The notes beneath the pieces are model-generated. The model searched no databases. It worked only from the letters and a program-made list of their open reading frames with translations, and was not told the origin of the DNA. The position numbers and the translations under genes were made by a program. A stretch of 64,000 nucleotides of DNA from Octopus sinensis (lineage: Eukaryota): assembly GCF_006345805.1 (NCBI RefSeq), contig NC_043004.1:53196001-53260000 (forward strand), read 5' to 3'. Below are positions 41,952 to 53,794 of this stretch, piece after piece (position 1 is the first letter of the stretch; the number at the start of each line of letters is the position of its first letter).

Positions 41952-43400
41952 TACTTTTAATCTTCATGTTTGTTAGGGCGAATGAAGAATAAGAGATGTT
42001 GCAATATGACTGAAAGCTTTAGTGGCAGAGGCAGTAGCAAAATATCTTCATGTAATACAACACACACATGTAAATTGACAATATTTTTCTAAAGATGTGG
42101 GCAGTAATTGTCAGCATAATCTTTTGGACTTCTCTGAGACATGGTTCTCCTGGGATATTATCTAGATGTCTCTAACATCCCTGTCTCACCATACCAAGGG
42201 TACCCACAGGAACAGTTCTCGCTTTAGGATGCCACATCTTTTGTATTTCAATTTCTAGGCACTTATATTTACATAATTTATCAAATTCCTTTCCAGATAT
42301 ATCTTTATTTGTGGGAATACTTACATCTATTAGTCTACAATTATTTTCTTTGTCTTTAATAATGATGTCTGGTCGATTAGCTTTGATCGTTCTGTTGGTG
42401 CTGACTGGAAAATCCCAGAGTATAATGACATTTTTACCTTCAAAGACTGGCTCAGGATGATGTTTAGACCAGTAAGCAAGTGTGCTGATTTTTTAGTGTT
42501 TATATTCCTACCATATGGTTGCGAATTTTATTTTCGTTTGGTGTCAACACAGAACATCCTGAGATAGTCTACTGTTTCATCAAATTTATCGCAGAATTTG
42601 CATTTAGGGTCAGAACCGTTTTGAAGAACATTAGCCTGGTAGTTTTGATAAGCAAGCCTTGATCTTGTGTCGTCAATATGAAACCTTCAGTCCCTGCTTT
42701 CAGTCCTGAGCTTCTCAGCAACTGATGGGTTGTTGCTTGGTCTACATCAACATTTCGGTAGAACTTTCTGGTTCCACCGCTCCTTTATTTGTTTCTGCTC
42801 GTTGATTTTTGCAAATTGTTTGACCCGTTTTCCTTTTTTCGTAGCAGTGATTTCAGGTTCTTCAACTAATTCAGCGTTAAGGCCTAGTTTCCTTGCGAAT
42901 TTTAAAGCTTCCTTGACACTAGATGTGATATTTTTCTACTGTTGTGTGTGCACACAAGCCTCAGCATCCAGTCCTCTGTAGTAGATAAGTGCTTGTTCAT
43001 TGTTATTGTGGAGGTATTATTTCACAGTTCTAGCTGCATCATTCCTCTTCCCCTATTAATTCTAGGTAGGTACAGACAATCAACATATGTTTTTGGGTGG
43101 TACATATTCTTAGATGTTAGTAGTTTGCTTGTCTTCGTGTCCAAGTGCTGGAGCTCTGTAAGATTTTAGTTAATGGTGTTAAAACTGTACTGGTTAATTG
43201 GAAGTTCCAGGGTGTTAATGACTTCGATGCGATTTTTGGAGTTGAGTTCAGTTTTTAGTATGAGTCGTATTCTTCTGTAATACTGCTTTCGTATTTTTTT
43301 CGTCATAGTAGCATGTTGTATACCGTCTCCTTTGTGTCTTCCCAGACATTTATAGATTCCTTGTGGGTCAAGCTCCTTGATGGTAGTATCGGTACCTAAT
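41952..43400 (-). mobile_element. R4/Dong-like RLE retrotransposon, 5'-truncated
   Basis: YKCLG (RT7), YHPK..VD.LYLPR..RGRGMMQLE, SSGLKAGTEGFI, CKFC..FDETVDY, ILWDFPV..NRTIKANRPDII, LIDVSIP; trinucleotide tracts on both sides. Confidence 0.88.
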
Positions 43401-43455
43401 TAAATGTCAGTTGTTGTTGTTGTTGCTGTTGTTGTTGTTGTCATTATTATTATTA

Positions 43456-43510
<55 letters not shown>

Positions 43511-44098
43511 ATCATCATCATCATTATATCCAAAGTATATAAACGCTTCTTTCTCATTGGGCGAAGTAATTTTTATTTGTTAAATCCAGTTTGTTATAAT
43601 AAATCCTGCTGTATTTTTAGCACTCATTACATAACGTGTTTAATTATTCAATAGCCATCGGGCATTTAGCTTACGAAAGATATTTAATTAATTATTTCAT
43701 TATATTATTTACTGATTTTTTTTCTGTAATGAGGAGTTTAAAACTACGTCTGTCTTCTATACGTACACATACCCACAAACGGACACACGTGTGCACAGAG
43801 GGAGTGTGTTACTACTTGCTAGGTTCTAAAGTTTGAAACAGCAGAAAGAATTGACATAAAGTTTTGTCTGAGGATGATAACGTTAAGTATTACTATACAT
43901 TCCTCAAGCCTTGAATATCATCAATTTAGTGTCGGTAAAAGAAGAACCAGTTGAACACTAGGGCAGATTTACTCGCCTAGCCTCACCCAACAAAATTTCA
44001 GGACTTATGCCTATACATTATTTATATCATTTACATTTGACGGATATCTGTCCTCATCTTGTTTGTTGTTAACACAATGTTTCGGCTGATATACCCTC

Positions 44099-44194
<96 letters not shown>

Positions 44195-44196
<2 letters not shown>

Positions 44197-44552
44197 GTTT
44201 GACTTTTGCTTTATATTTGTACAAGTTGGCTCCAAGACTCACCCAGAGACCTCAAGAGACAACAGGTTGGAAGTTCATCTTGTCCTTATGCCTACTGTGC
44301 CATGTATTTGGTTTTGTATTTAGTGTTGTACTAGTGAAAGTCGAAAAAAAAAGAAAAAAAAAACATACGAAAATTATGTTTGTTTTAAAACTTGAGGTTA
44401 CGTAGAAAGTATTTTGCGTAGGATATGAGCAGTTCCCATGAGCACTATCTTTTGAATTTCTGCCATTTTGGAGTTTCCTGATATCTGAGCTGGGTAGCAA
44501 TCAGCCCATTTTTGCTATCATTCCCAAGGCACCTATGACAGCAGGTATTGTT
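44195..44552 (-). mobile_element. R4/Dong-like 3' end nested in the (AAT)n of the PLE repeat
   Basis: IPAVIGALGMI..EIQKIVLMGTAHILRK C-terminus plus 3'UTR, between two (ATT)n tracts. Confidence 0.8.
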
Positions 44553-44593
44553 TTATTATTATCATTATTATTATTATTATTATTATTATATTA

Positions 44594-44625
<32 letters not shown>

Positions 44626-44630
<5 letters not shown>

Positions 44631-44703
44631 TCACTACCTGGAATCGAATTCGGAATCTTGGGGTTAGTAGTCCGCGCACTTAACCACTACCACCATATGC
44701 CCC
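44626..44703 (-). other. tRNA-derived segment with Pol III A/B-box-like motifs (not a functional tRNA)
   Basis: Reverse complement GGGCATATGGTGGTAGTGGTTAAG..CTACTAA..GAATTCGATTCC; mirror copy on + at 44806-44865. Confidence 0.7.
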
Positions 44704-44921
44704 GTGGGTAATTATAGAGTGAATATTAGGGCTTATAAATCTAATAGGATTGAATAGGAAAATATTAGATTTATAAACCCTAAAAGTCACTCCATAACTA
44801 CCCATTGGAATATGGAGTAGAGGTTAAGACCGCGAGCTACTAACCCCGAAATTCCGAGTTCGATTAATTATAACATCCAAAAATATCTTAAGAATGAGAA
44901 CCCAGCTTCGAAATTTCTCCA

Positions 44922-44967
44922 TGCACCTGATGAAGGCTGGAGGGTATATCAGCCGAAACGTTGTGTA
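44922..44967 (+). ncRNA. minimal type I hammerhead ribozyme
   Basis: TGCAC-CTGATGA-A-GGCTG(GAGGGTATAT)CAGCC-GAAA-CGTT-GTGTA: canonical core, extra A after A9, palindromic ACGT stem III, GUU triplet, 5-bp stem I with one G-U pair. Confidence 0.8.
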
Positions 44968-45238
44968 AACAAACAAGAGGAAAAATATCCGTCAAATGTA
45001 AATAATTCCTCATCTCTTAAATATAGAACTGTACTTATGCCTATAGTACAAAGAATTATACAGATTTTAACCTTTGTCTAGTTCGCTTGCAGGGCCTTTC
45101 TCAAAGCTACTATATATATATATATAAAATTTGTAACAATACTGGTGCTGATAAGCGTCATTTGTTCACTCATATTTTTAATAATCTTCCCTTCAACCGT
45201 TTATGAAATCAGTGTAGGATTTCAACGGAATTCTTATA

Positions 45239-45380
45239 AGCTGACAAGGCGAGACAGGTTTAATGCTAGTCGCGGTAAGAGCCATCGTTGAGCGTTAAAA
45301 TGCGTTAAGCACCAAAATGCAAAATCATCGATGGTTTGGCTATATCTGCGACCGCAAGAAGCTTGTCTCCTTTGTCAGCT
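45239..45380. repeat. imperfect fold-back (MITE-like) element
   Basis: AGCTGACAAGGCGAGACAGG.. is inverted against ..CTTGTCTCCTTTGTCAGCT, with further internal pairing. Confidence 0.5.
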
Positions 45381-46043
45381 CATTAAGATAGTTCTTTTGT
45401 GGCTATTGAGTTGTTTTGACTCTTATTTCTAGCAATACTGTTACTGATTGGTGCATATTTGACATATATAGTTCTGCCCTTAGGTTGTAAAAATGCGAAT
45501 TAGCCACCCATATTATATATATATTGTATATATATATATATACTTACATATGTTTGTGTTTACCACTGTAGCTTCTTGTGTGTTCTTTATTAGATAACCA
45601 CCATACATTTATCCTGTATTGCGGCACCAGTGAGCTTTAATAAAAGTTATATATTTCTCTTGTAATGTCTCACCTTATCTTTATTCTCTGTCCATGTATT
45701 TTCGACATTCATGAATACGGTAGAGGCTCTTCTCACCCATTTTATAAACCGATATGAAAAACTGAGGTCGATAGAGAATTACGATTCGAATGTATATTTA
45801 AATGTGTATTCAAATATAAAATTGATGAACAGAAGATGTATATCAACAAAATAAAAAAAAATTGCTGATTTACTTTACAATCTTACTACACAGAAGGAAA
45901 AGAAATATTTACCTATACCGTACTTAATGACATAAAAGACGCACAGCTATATCATACGCCCACGGCCTCCAATTTTAACAACACAGACATAAGAAGAAAA
46001 GTTGTAAGTACATTAAAGCATGTAATATTCAAACTTTCATTGC

Positions 46044-46355
46044 GAAGGCGCGAGACATAGTGGTTAGGTTATCGGGATCATAATCGTAAGGTCATGAGTT
46101 CAAAACCCGACGGCACGGTGTTTTCTTTAAGAAGACACTTTATTTCACATTGCTCCAGTTCACTCATCTGGCAAAATGTAATTCAAAAAGAAGCCTTGAC
46201 ACATTCTGTACGAAGGGGAATCTCCTTGAGAACTATGTTAATGTTACGCACGCCTGTGGCTTCCTCATCCCCCGACATGTTCCTTTCGCAAGTAGCCTCT
46301 TCCATTGATTGAATCGACTGGAAACACTGCTCGTGGTAACGGACAGGATGCCATT
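46044..46355 (+). mobile_element. tRNA-headed SINE with CORE-like central domain (family 4)
   Basis: tRNA head with GAGTTCAAAACC, then AAGACACTTTATTTCACATTGCTCCAGTTCACTCATCTGGCAAAA; a minus-strand fragment lies at ~4715-4800. Confidence 0.65.
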
Positions 46356-46418
46356 CTCTAGACGTTCTACTACGTTAAAACACAATACAAACATACCTTA
46401 GCTAAAGTTAGAAACATT

Positions 46419-46811
46419 ATCTTTATATATAAAAGGGAAGTTGTGTGTCTGTCTACTCCGATTTAGATTCCCAACTACTCGCACATTTTGCGATGCAGTT
46501 TAACCAAAACCGGGTATCTTATAGTCGTGATTCATATCGAGCCCTTCTTGTTATTAGCGCGCGTCTACGATGAGTCTACGATTTTAAAAATAATTTAACA
46601 TCATTTTTTCCATTTTAACGCATATTTTTTTAAATAAAGGGAAATAACTCTCTAAAAATGTCTACGATGAGTCAACGATTTAAAAAAAATTTACCATAAT
46701 TTTTTTTCCATTTATAATGCATTTTTTGCTGTTTTTTGGCTATAACTCTCTAAAAATGCTTTATAGTTATTTCCCTTACAAACCCGAGCAACGCCGGGCG
46801 ATACTGCTAGT
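46419..46811 (-). mobile_element. non-autonomous Helentron-like element
   Basis: Reverse complement of the 50923-51305 family. Confidence 0.65.
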
Positions 46812-47305
46812 TATATATATATAAACGTATAAGTGGGCAGTACAGTTAAACGTAACGGGAGAGATCACAATGCATGGTAACAGTACTAAGCGTTTAGGAA
46901 GCATTAAGGAGGAAACATTAGCTTAGCGGAGGTCTAACTTCGCTCATATACAGGATCCAGGGGTATATTTTCAGATATTTATTGTTTTTTAAGAGAAGTG
47001 CGTCTTCTATGTCGCATAAACCTGCATATAGTAATTTGGCCTCCTAACTGAACCAGCATCCTGGATGGCGTTTCAAATTGATGCTCAAAGATGATAGATA
47101 ACATTTTTGCTAACTTAGACCTAAATATTGCTAATTATGTCTCAAAGAACCACCACAGGATGTAGTTATACTGGGTTTTATATGTGCTTCATTTATTAAT
47201 GCAATGGTTAAATTTGTTTTTCATTATCCAAACTAAATGTTCACGAAATTAACGACTAATCTCGATAAATGTTTCCTTTAATGAAAACAAATTTAAGGTT
47301 TTATT

Positions 47306-47702
47306 GGAGTGAATTTTAGGGCGTATAAATCTAATATTCTCCTATCCTTCCTTAATACCGGTTCCCATATGCTGTTCATATCTGCACTCGGTCTGCTTAG
47401 GAGGTTGTTGTGTCCTAGCATATGTGCTGCTTCTTTTAGTTTTCGTATTTTCCAGTGGTGTTCTCAGTCTATTATTTTAGCTTCATACCACAAGGTCAGG
47501 TAGTCTCCATTTTTACATACATGATCAGCTATGCCCGATTTATTAATATCTTCTCGACTCACACCTTTGCGAAATTTTCCCAAGACACCTTATGAAGCCG
47601 GGAGGGTATATCAGCCGAAAAGAAGTTGAGGACAAATATCTGTCAATTCTAGATAATGTAAATAATGAACATAATTCCTTATCTCTTAAATATAGAACTG
47701 TA
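47306..47702. mobile_element. PLE fragment: GIY-YIG C-terminus (-) joined to an inverted 3' repeat with a decayed hammerhead (+)
   Basis: Minus strand 47545-47306 reads KSGIADHV..W..AKIID..HHWKIRKLKEAAHM..WEPVLR, then the same 3'UTR as 44762-44800. Plus 47560-47702 matches 44905-45033 with core CTTATGA. Confidence 0.7.
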
Positions 47703-48014
47703 GGAATCACAATGTTGTACATTTTTGAAAGGCAAGTGTCTGAAGAATGTGTCTGAAGAATTTCTTACACTAAAGAAATTTGTGAAACTCACCTCTAGAT
47801 AAGAGATGGCATAGAAGAAGGCATTACAATAATTTAGTTTTACAATAATTTAGAAGGCATTAGTTTTCAGTAAATTTGCTGAAATCTAAAACTAAATTAG
47901 ATAATAATTTAAAAAAACATACAGATATAAAACCTCTCTTCAAAACGATAACGCCAGGTTGAAGAATCCTTTCTTTTCTTTACTACAAAAGGCATATTGC
48001 CTGAATTTTTAGGG

Positions 48015-48153
48015 GAGGGGTCTAGTCGATTACATCGACCCCAAGGATAAAAGGCAAAGTCGACTTCGACAGCATTTGAACTCAGAACACGAAGACAGAC
48101 GAAATACTACTAAACGTTTCGCCCGGTGTGCTAACGATTCTGCCAGCTCGCCT
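48015..48153 (-). mobile_element. short tRNA-like SINE (family 3)
   Basis: Matches 37261-37494. Confidence 0.75.
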
Positions 48154-48179
48154 CCATTCGCCAGGTTGAATAATGTTGT

Positions 48180-48504
48180 ATAAAAGATGCAAAACTGGAA
48201 AATTATGATATATTGCAATGATATTCTTATGCAATACACTAAGAATAGTGTTTTTGACGACCACCTTTATGATACGCGATTTCATGCTCCTAGTCAAATT
48301 CTACAGCAGATCAAGTGGAGGTTCTTCCAGGCGTTCTTTATTGCCGCTTCGAGGTCATCAAGAGATGAATACTGGTTACCTTTGCTGTCCACAACCTTCG
48401 TGAGATATCGCCATACATTCTCTATAGAATTAAGGTCGGGACTTCTTGCTGGCCATGGCATGACTTCAACCCCGATTGCACCCAGGAAATCCAAAGATGC
48501 CTTA
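48180..48504 (-). mobile_element. Tc1 transposase C-terminal fragment cut by the assembly gap
   Basis: WPARSPDLNSIENVW..L..LEAAIKNAW (ORF 48294-48494). Confidence 0.85.
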
Positions 48505-48604
48505 NNNNNNNNNNNNNNNNNNNNNNNNNNNNNNNNNNNNNNNNNNNNNNNNNNNNNNNNNNNNNNNNNNNNNNNNNNNNNNNNNNNNNNNNNNNNNNNN
48601 NNNN
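48505..48604. other. assembly gap (100 N)
   Basis: Directly visible. Confidence 1.
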
Positions 48605-49819
48605 AGCAGCAGCAGCAGCATAAGCAGGAACAGCATTTAAAGCCATAAATTGCTAAGAGAAAAGAATGTAAGAATCCTTGATAGAAACACTTTCACAACA
48701 CACGTTTAATTGAAATGATCTTATATTTCTTCTCCGGAAGAAATATTACAAAACTATTTGTTCGACTTTTTGATCTCTTACAGCACGAAACACCATTAAT
48801 GGATTCATACAACTAGATTTTCAACTAGACATTAGCCGCTAGAGAGGTTACGCTCTTTTACTTCATTTCAATAAGCCATGGACGTGGAGAGCTAAATGAT
48901 GCTTGCTGAGAACGTTCAAACTACTTTTAAGAAAACCTCTCACTCTATGCTAAACTATTTTGCTTAATTACAAACTGATTTTATCGTCTACCTATTGATA
49001 TTACTTTGAGAAAGTATTGAAAATCATAAATGGCTTCCATTTAATCAGTTTGGGAATGGTCGTGCTATGGCGGTATGTGGTATGTGTGTGTGTGTGTGGT
49101 GTGTGTGTCTGTGCGTACGTGTGTGCGTGCAAGCATGTGTGTGTAGATCTGTGTATGGAACATTTCAAATGGGACTAACACGTAAAGAGAGGATTAACAA
49201 GTTATGCCTGAGTGATTCGTTATTTCATTCATAGATAAAACCTTTTCAACTGAAGATCATTTCATGCTACATTATATACGAATACGTTACAATCAATATG
49301 AGCGTACCAGCTACGATGGAAATATTTATGGCACGTGATAATTCCTACTGTGTTGTTATGCGGGCATTATCTTTAGATACACGAAGATAGAAATAACGCA
49401 AGGAGACACACATATAAGCACAAATATACAGATGCGGGCGCGCATGCTCCACACTCACAAATTCAACTACAGAATATCCAGTGAGGAGCACTCAGTGCAT
49501 TGTATAACGTTACTTAGCTACTTGCTTATTAGTCTACTTTGCATGTGTGTAGCACCAAGTGACAATGGCGTGAGTCATCAAATTCCAAATAGCAAGAATA
49601 TGTTTGTGTGTGTGCATGTGCGTGTGCATGTACGTGAGCGCGCGTGTGTATGTATATGTATATTCGTGTATATAGGATTGTATGCACATAGATATAATTA
49701 CTAAATAAATGTAAAAAATTAACAGGAAATTCAGGCACACTCGTATAGCGTACGATATGTATGTATGCATATATGTATTTATATATCTATATATGTATGC
49801 ATGTATCTATGAATGTATA

Positions 49820-49874
<55 letters not shown>

Positions 49875-50384
49875 GAGAGACATACATATAAGCGGGTGTC
49901 GAAACAAAATTTTTAAGGTACTTTAATTCCGCTGTATTCACAGTTTCAAATAGTATTTTAAATAAGATATATGAAGATTAGGGTTATGTGATCCCACCAC
50001 CCCGTACACCTCTCATTCTCTCCTCAGAATTAAATACCCTAATTTTCTATATCAATCATATAATCTCTTACATGTATATATTAAATCGCTTATGGATATG
50101 AAACATTTTTATCATATTTCACTGTAGAAACATAGTTTGAAACATCTGATGAGCAAAGATAGCAAAAACATTGAGATATAAGACAATCTGTAGGTAGATA
50201 TCCCTCGAACCTGGTAAAATTACAACTTTTCAATATGTGTTAAATGAATTTTTGTTCGAAAATCTATACATTTGTTAAATGATCTTTTGCTTTTGAGATT
50301 ATTTCAGAGATAAATTGTATTATAATTTTACGAGAATACCTACGTAAATTTAAACTGTAATAATGAAAGTATATAAAATTATAC

Positions 50385-50765
50385 AGTGGCAACTAGAAGT
50401 AAAAGCCGTAAGTCTGCATTTGGATTTCCTGCAGCAAATCTTACAATAATGATCCCCTCAAAGGCTGATGCATACTGACATTATTTATACATGAAAAAAA
50501 ATAACGTGAAGAACAGATATCAAAACCCCACCCACAACGAAAGAATGCTACCGGATTGTTGCTGCTGATGTACGAACAATTTGGGACAAATTTTATTTTC
50601 CTTACATTGGGTTAGAGGGAATAGCTTTAAAAACTTGAGAGATTGACTGAATCTGTTAATAAATTACACAAAATACCTATCAAGCAAAATGGAGATCTTT
50701 TTGATAAGAAATTCGAGGAGTTCAATGAAATGTTTGATATATGCATCTGCACGTGTTATGACAAA
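50385..50765 (+). pseudogene. N-terminal remnant of a DNA transposase-like protein (family unassigned)
   Basis: Frameshifted ATRSK..FG.P..., VAADVRTIWDK..FP, and EMFDICICTC, resembling N-termini of some eukaryotic DDE transposases (from memory). Confidence 0.35.
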
Positions 50766-50922
50766 TAAATAAGAAGTTTGACTGCCATAGCGAATACCTC
50801 TTAATTGTCATAGACTATACCTTTTCTCTGTCATACCCAAAGAATCAAGCATGCTATAAATTTAGTGATAAAAGCTTGTAAAGTCAGAATAGGCTACGAA
50901 AATAGGAACAAATTTATATTAA

Positions 50923-51823
50923 ACTAGAAGTACCGCCCGGCGTTGCTCGGGTTTGTAAGGGAAATAACTATATAAGCATTTTTAGAGAGTTATAGCCAAA
51001 GAATAGCAAAAAAATGCATTAAAAATGGAAAAAAATGATGGTAATTTTTTTTTAAATCGTTTACTCATCGTAGACATTTTTAGAGAGTTACTTCCCTTAT
51101 ATAATAGCGAAAAAATGCATTAAAATGGAAAAAAATTATTTCTAAAATCGTAGACTCATCGTAGACGCGCGCTAATACGCAGACGGGCTCGATATGAATC
51201 ACCACTATAAGATACCCGGTTTTGGTTAAACTGCACCGCAAAATGTGGGAGTAGTTAGGAATCTAAATCTTAGGAGACAGACACACAACTTCACTTTTAT
51301 ATATAAACTAGCAGTATCGCCCGTCGTTGCTCGGGTTTGTAGGGGAAATAACTATATAAGCATTTTTAGAGAGTTACTTCCCTTATAGATGCCAATTCGG
51401 GCTTTCTTAGCCATTTCTGTTTTGGTGTCTTCAAGCCATGAAGTCGTTGTTCTAAAAGAACGCTGGTCTCCTTGACAACGCTTTACGACGTTGATTTCCT
51501 TACACTCCCTTCCCCACAGCTTCACGAGGGAGGGAAGAAGGGGGGAAAAGCAACACAGGTGCAGCTGTGAGCGTGGACGCCAACTCCGCCGCCATCGACA
51601 CACGAAAAATTATGCATTAAAATGGAATAAAAAATGATGTTAAATTATTTTTAAAATCGTAGTCTCATCGTAGACGCGCGCTAATAGCCAGACGGTCTCG
51701 ATATGAATCACGACTATAAGATACCCGAATTTGGTTAAACTGCACCGCAAAACGTGGGAGTAGTTAGGAATCTAAATCGAAGGGGACAGACACTCACACA
51801 ACTACAGTTTTATATATATAGAT
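50923..51823 (+). mobile_element. head-to-tail tandem of two Helentron-like elements (50923-51305, 51307-51823)
   Basis: Both start ACTAG..TA.CGCCCG.CGTTGCTCGGG and end CACAACT..TTTTATATATA. The second has ~215 bp of extra internal sequence. Confidence 0.7.
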
Positions 51824-52414
51824 ATGTACAGAAATTACGACAAAGTTTACCTCACTTTGTCTGGAAAAGACAATGGTCATTGTACTTAATAGTAAATACT
51901 ATTAATGTTTATTTTATGGTATTCACTGTTCACCCCTCCCCCCAAAAAAAATAAAACGTATGACAAACACTAAAAAAAGCAACAACCTGAGTACGTGGTA
52001 CATGCAAAGTATTAGCCGAAGCTCAGGGAAGGAAAGAAAGGTGGTTTTACATTTCAAGCAAAGCTCTTCTTCAGAAACAGGAGACGGAGGAAAGTCCAAG
52101 AGAAAAAGAAGACAGAGGGAAAAAATCGCCAATATTCTACATGTAGCTATATTTTGAAATGACCGGAAGGGAACAGGTGAAGGAAAAGTTCTTTCTAAAA
52201 CAGGAGAGTGGAAGTGTAAACGGTATCTATATGCATGTGTAGGTGTATGCGTGTGCGCAAGTCTGTGTGTGTATGCGTATGTATGTGATGTGTGTATGGT
52301 GTTTGTGTGGTGTTGGCTGTTTATATGTGTATGCGTGAGTGAACTTTGTGTCTCTTAATGCTGCAGGAAGAATTCAGCAGCATAGTAACAGAAGTGATGG
52401 TATTTTGTGTAGTT

Positions 52415-52580
52415 GTTCGCGGTATTTCGACCGTCGCTACGTTCTGAGCTCAAATTCCGCCGAGGTCGACTTTGCCTTTCCTTTCGGGGTCGATAAATTA
52501 AGTCGATGTAATCGACTTAATCCCTTTGTCTGTCCTTTTTTGTCCCCTCTGTGTTTAGTGGGTAGTAAAGAAATAGGTAT
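52415..52580 (+). mobile_element. short tRNA-like SINE (family 3)
   Basis: Matches 37261-37494. Confidence 0.8.
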
Positions 52581-53311
52581 TTTGTGTAGTTGTGTGTCTC
52601 TTCACATGTGTGTAGAGGAATGGTCAGTAGAAAGGGGTTTGACTGGCAGTTTGAAGTGTGTTCGCGTGTGTTTGTATATGCTGTATGTGTGTGTGTTTTG
52701 TAAGGTGTTGTGTGCGCGTTTATGTCTGTGCGTGTGTGCGTCGTTCCGTGTGTACATGTGTGTGAGCGTAGGGTTGGGTGTGTGTGTGCGTGTGTGTGAA
52801 AGGTATAGGTTAAATACATATGCATCCATGTGTGTGCGCGCGTGTATGCGCGTGCGTATGTATGTGTGTGTGTATGCGTATGTGTACATGTGTTTGTGCG
52901 TACATGTATGTGTGTGGTGTGTGTGGGAGGTATATGTGAGGTATATGTGCGCGTGCATGTATACATATATATATATACATATATATATATACTCATTTAT
53001 ATATATATATATAAGTAAATAAATGGAGTTGATCGCAGAAGTTATTAAAATTCTTGTACTTTCGACATCTGTTTCGAAACATATGTCGAAAGTAAAAGAA
53101 TTTTAATAACATCTGCGTTCAACTCCATTTATTTACATATACTACACAAATTACTGCACATTAACCCGGAGTTTCTATCTTTGAATAGGTTTCTTCATTC
53201 ATGTTACTTGCGTGAATTTTGCTACCCTGGTAACTGTTTATTGAATTTTCCATGTTAACGGTAAACAAAGGATACTTCATTCATCCATTTATATATACAC
53301 ATATATATATA

Positions 53312-53716
53312 GGCGCAGGAGTGGCTGTGTGATAAGTAGCTTGCTAACCAACCACATGGTTCCAGGTTCAGTCCCACTGCGTGGCATCTAGGGCAAGTGA
53401 CTTCTGCTATAGCCCCGGGCCGACCAGTACCTTGTGAGTGGATTTGGTAGACTGAAACTGAAAGAAGCCTGTCGTATATATGTATATATATATGCGTGTG
53501 TGCGTTTGTGTGTGTGTGTTTGTCCCCCTAGCATTGTTTGACAACCGATGCTGGTGTGTTTATGTCCCCCGTTACTTAGCGGTTCGGCAAAGGAGACCGA
53601 TAGAATAAGTACTGGGCTTACAAAAGAATAAGTCCCGGGGTCGAGTTTCTCGGTTAAAAGGCGGTGCTCCAGCATGGCTTCAGTCAAATGACTGAAACAA
53701 GTAAAAGAGTAAGAGA

Positions 53717-53717
<1 letters not shown>
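53312..53717 (+). mobile_element. full-length tRNA-derived SINE (family 2)
   Basis: GGCGCAGGAGTGGCTGTGTG head, GGTTCAGTCCC box, central (TA)/(TG), (AAAAGAGT)-type tail. Confidence 0.9.
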
Positions 53718-53756
<39 letters not shown>

Positions 53757-53794
53757 GAAAGAAGGTTTGAAAATGCAATTTAAAAGATGTTTAT

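Larger units (their letters stand above)
44030..45033. mobile_element. inverted pair of 3' repeats from a second PLE family, left arm interrupted
   Basis: Arms meet at a spacer 44747-44762. Each arm has 3'UTR + tRNA-like segment. The tail GGAGGGTATATCAGCCGAAAC..CCGTCAAATGTAA is on - at 44030-44100 and on + at 44939-45003. Confidence 0.65.

Noticed and set aside
44626-44865. Functional tRNA-Ser(ACT) genes
   Set aside because: No proper acceptor stem, embedded in a repeat, and the two copies are degenerate; treated as tRNA-derived segments.
47753-47800. CTGAAGA followed by a hairpin and GAAA
   Set aside because: Four unpaired nt before GAAA, no A15.1-U16.1 pair and no stem I.
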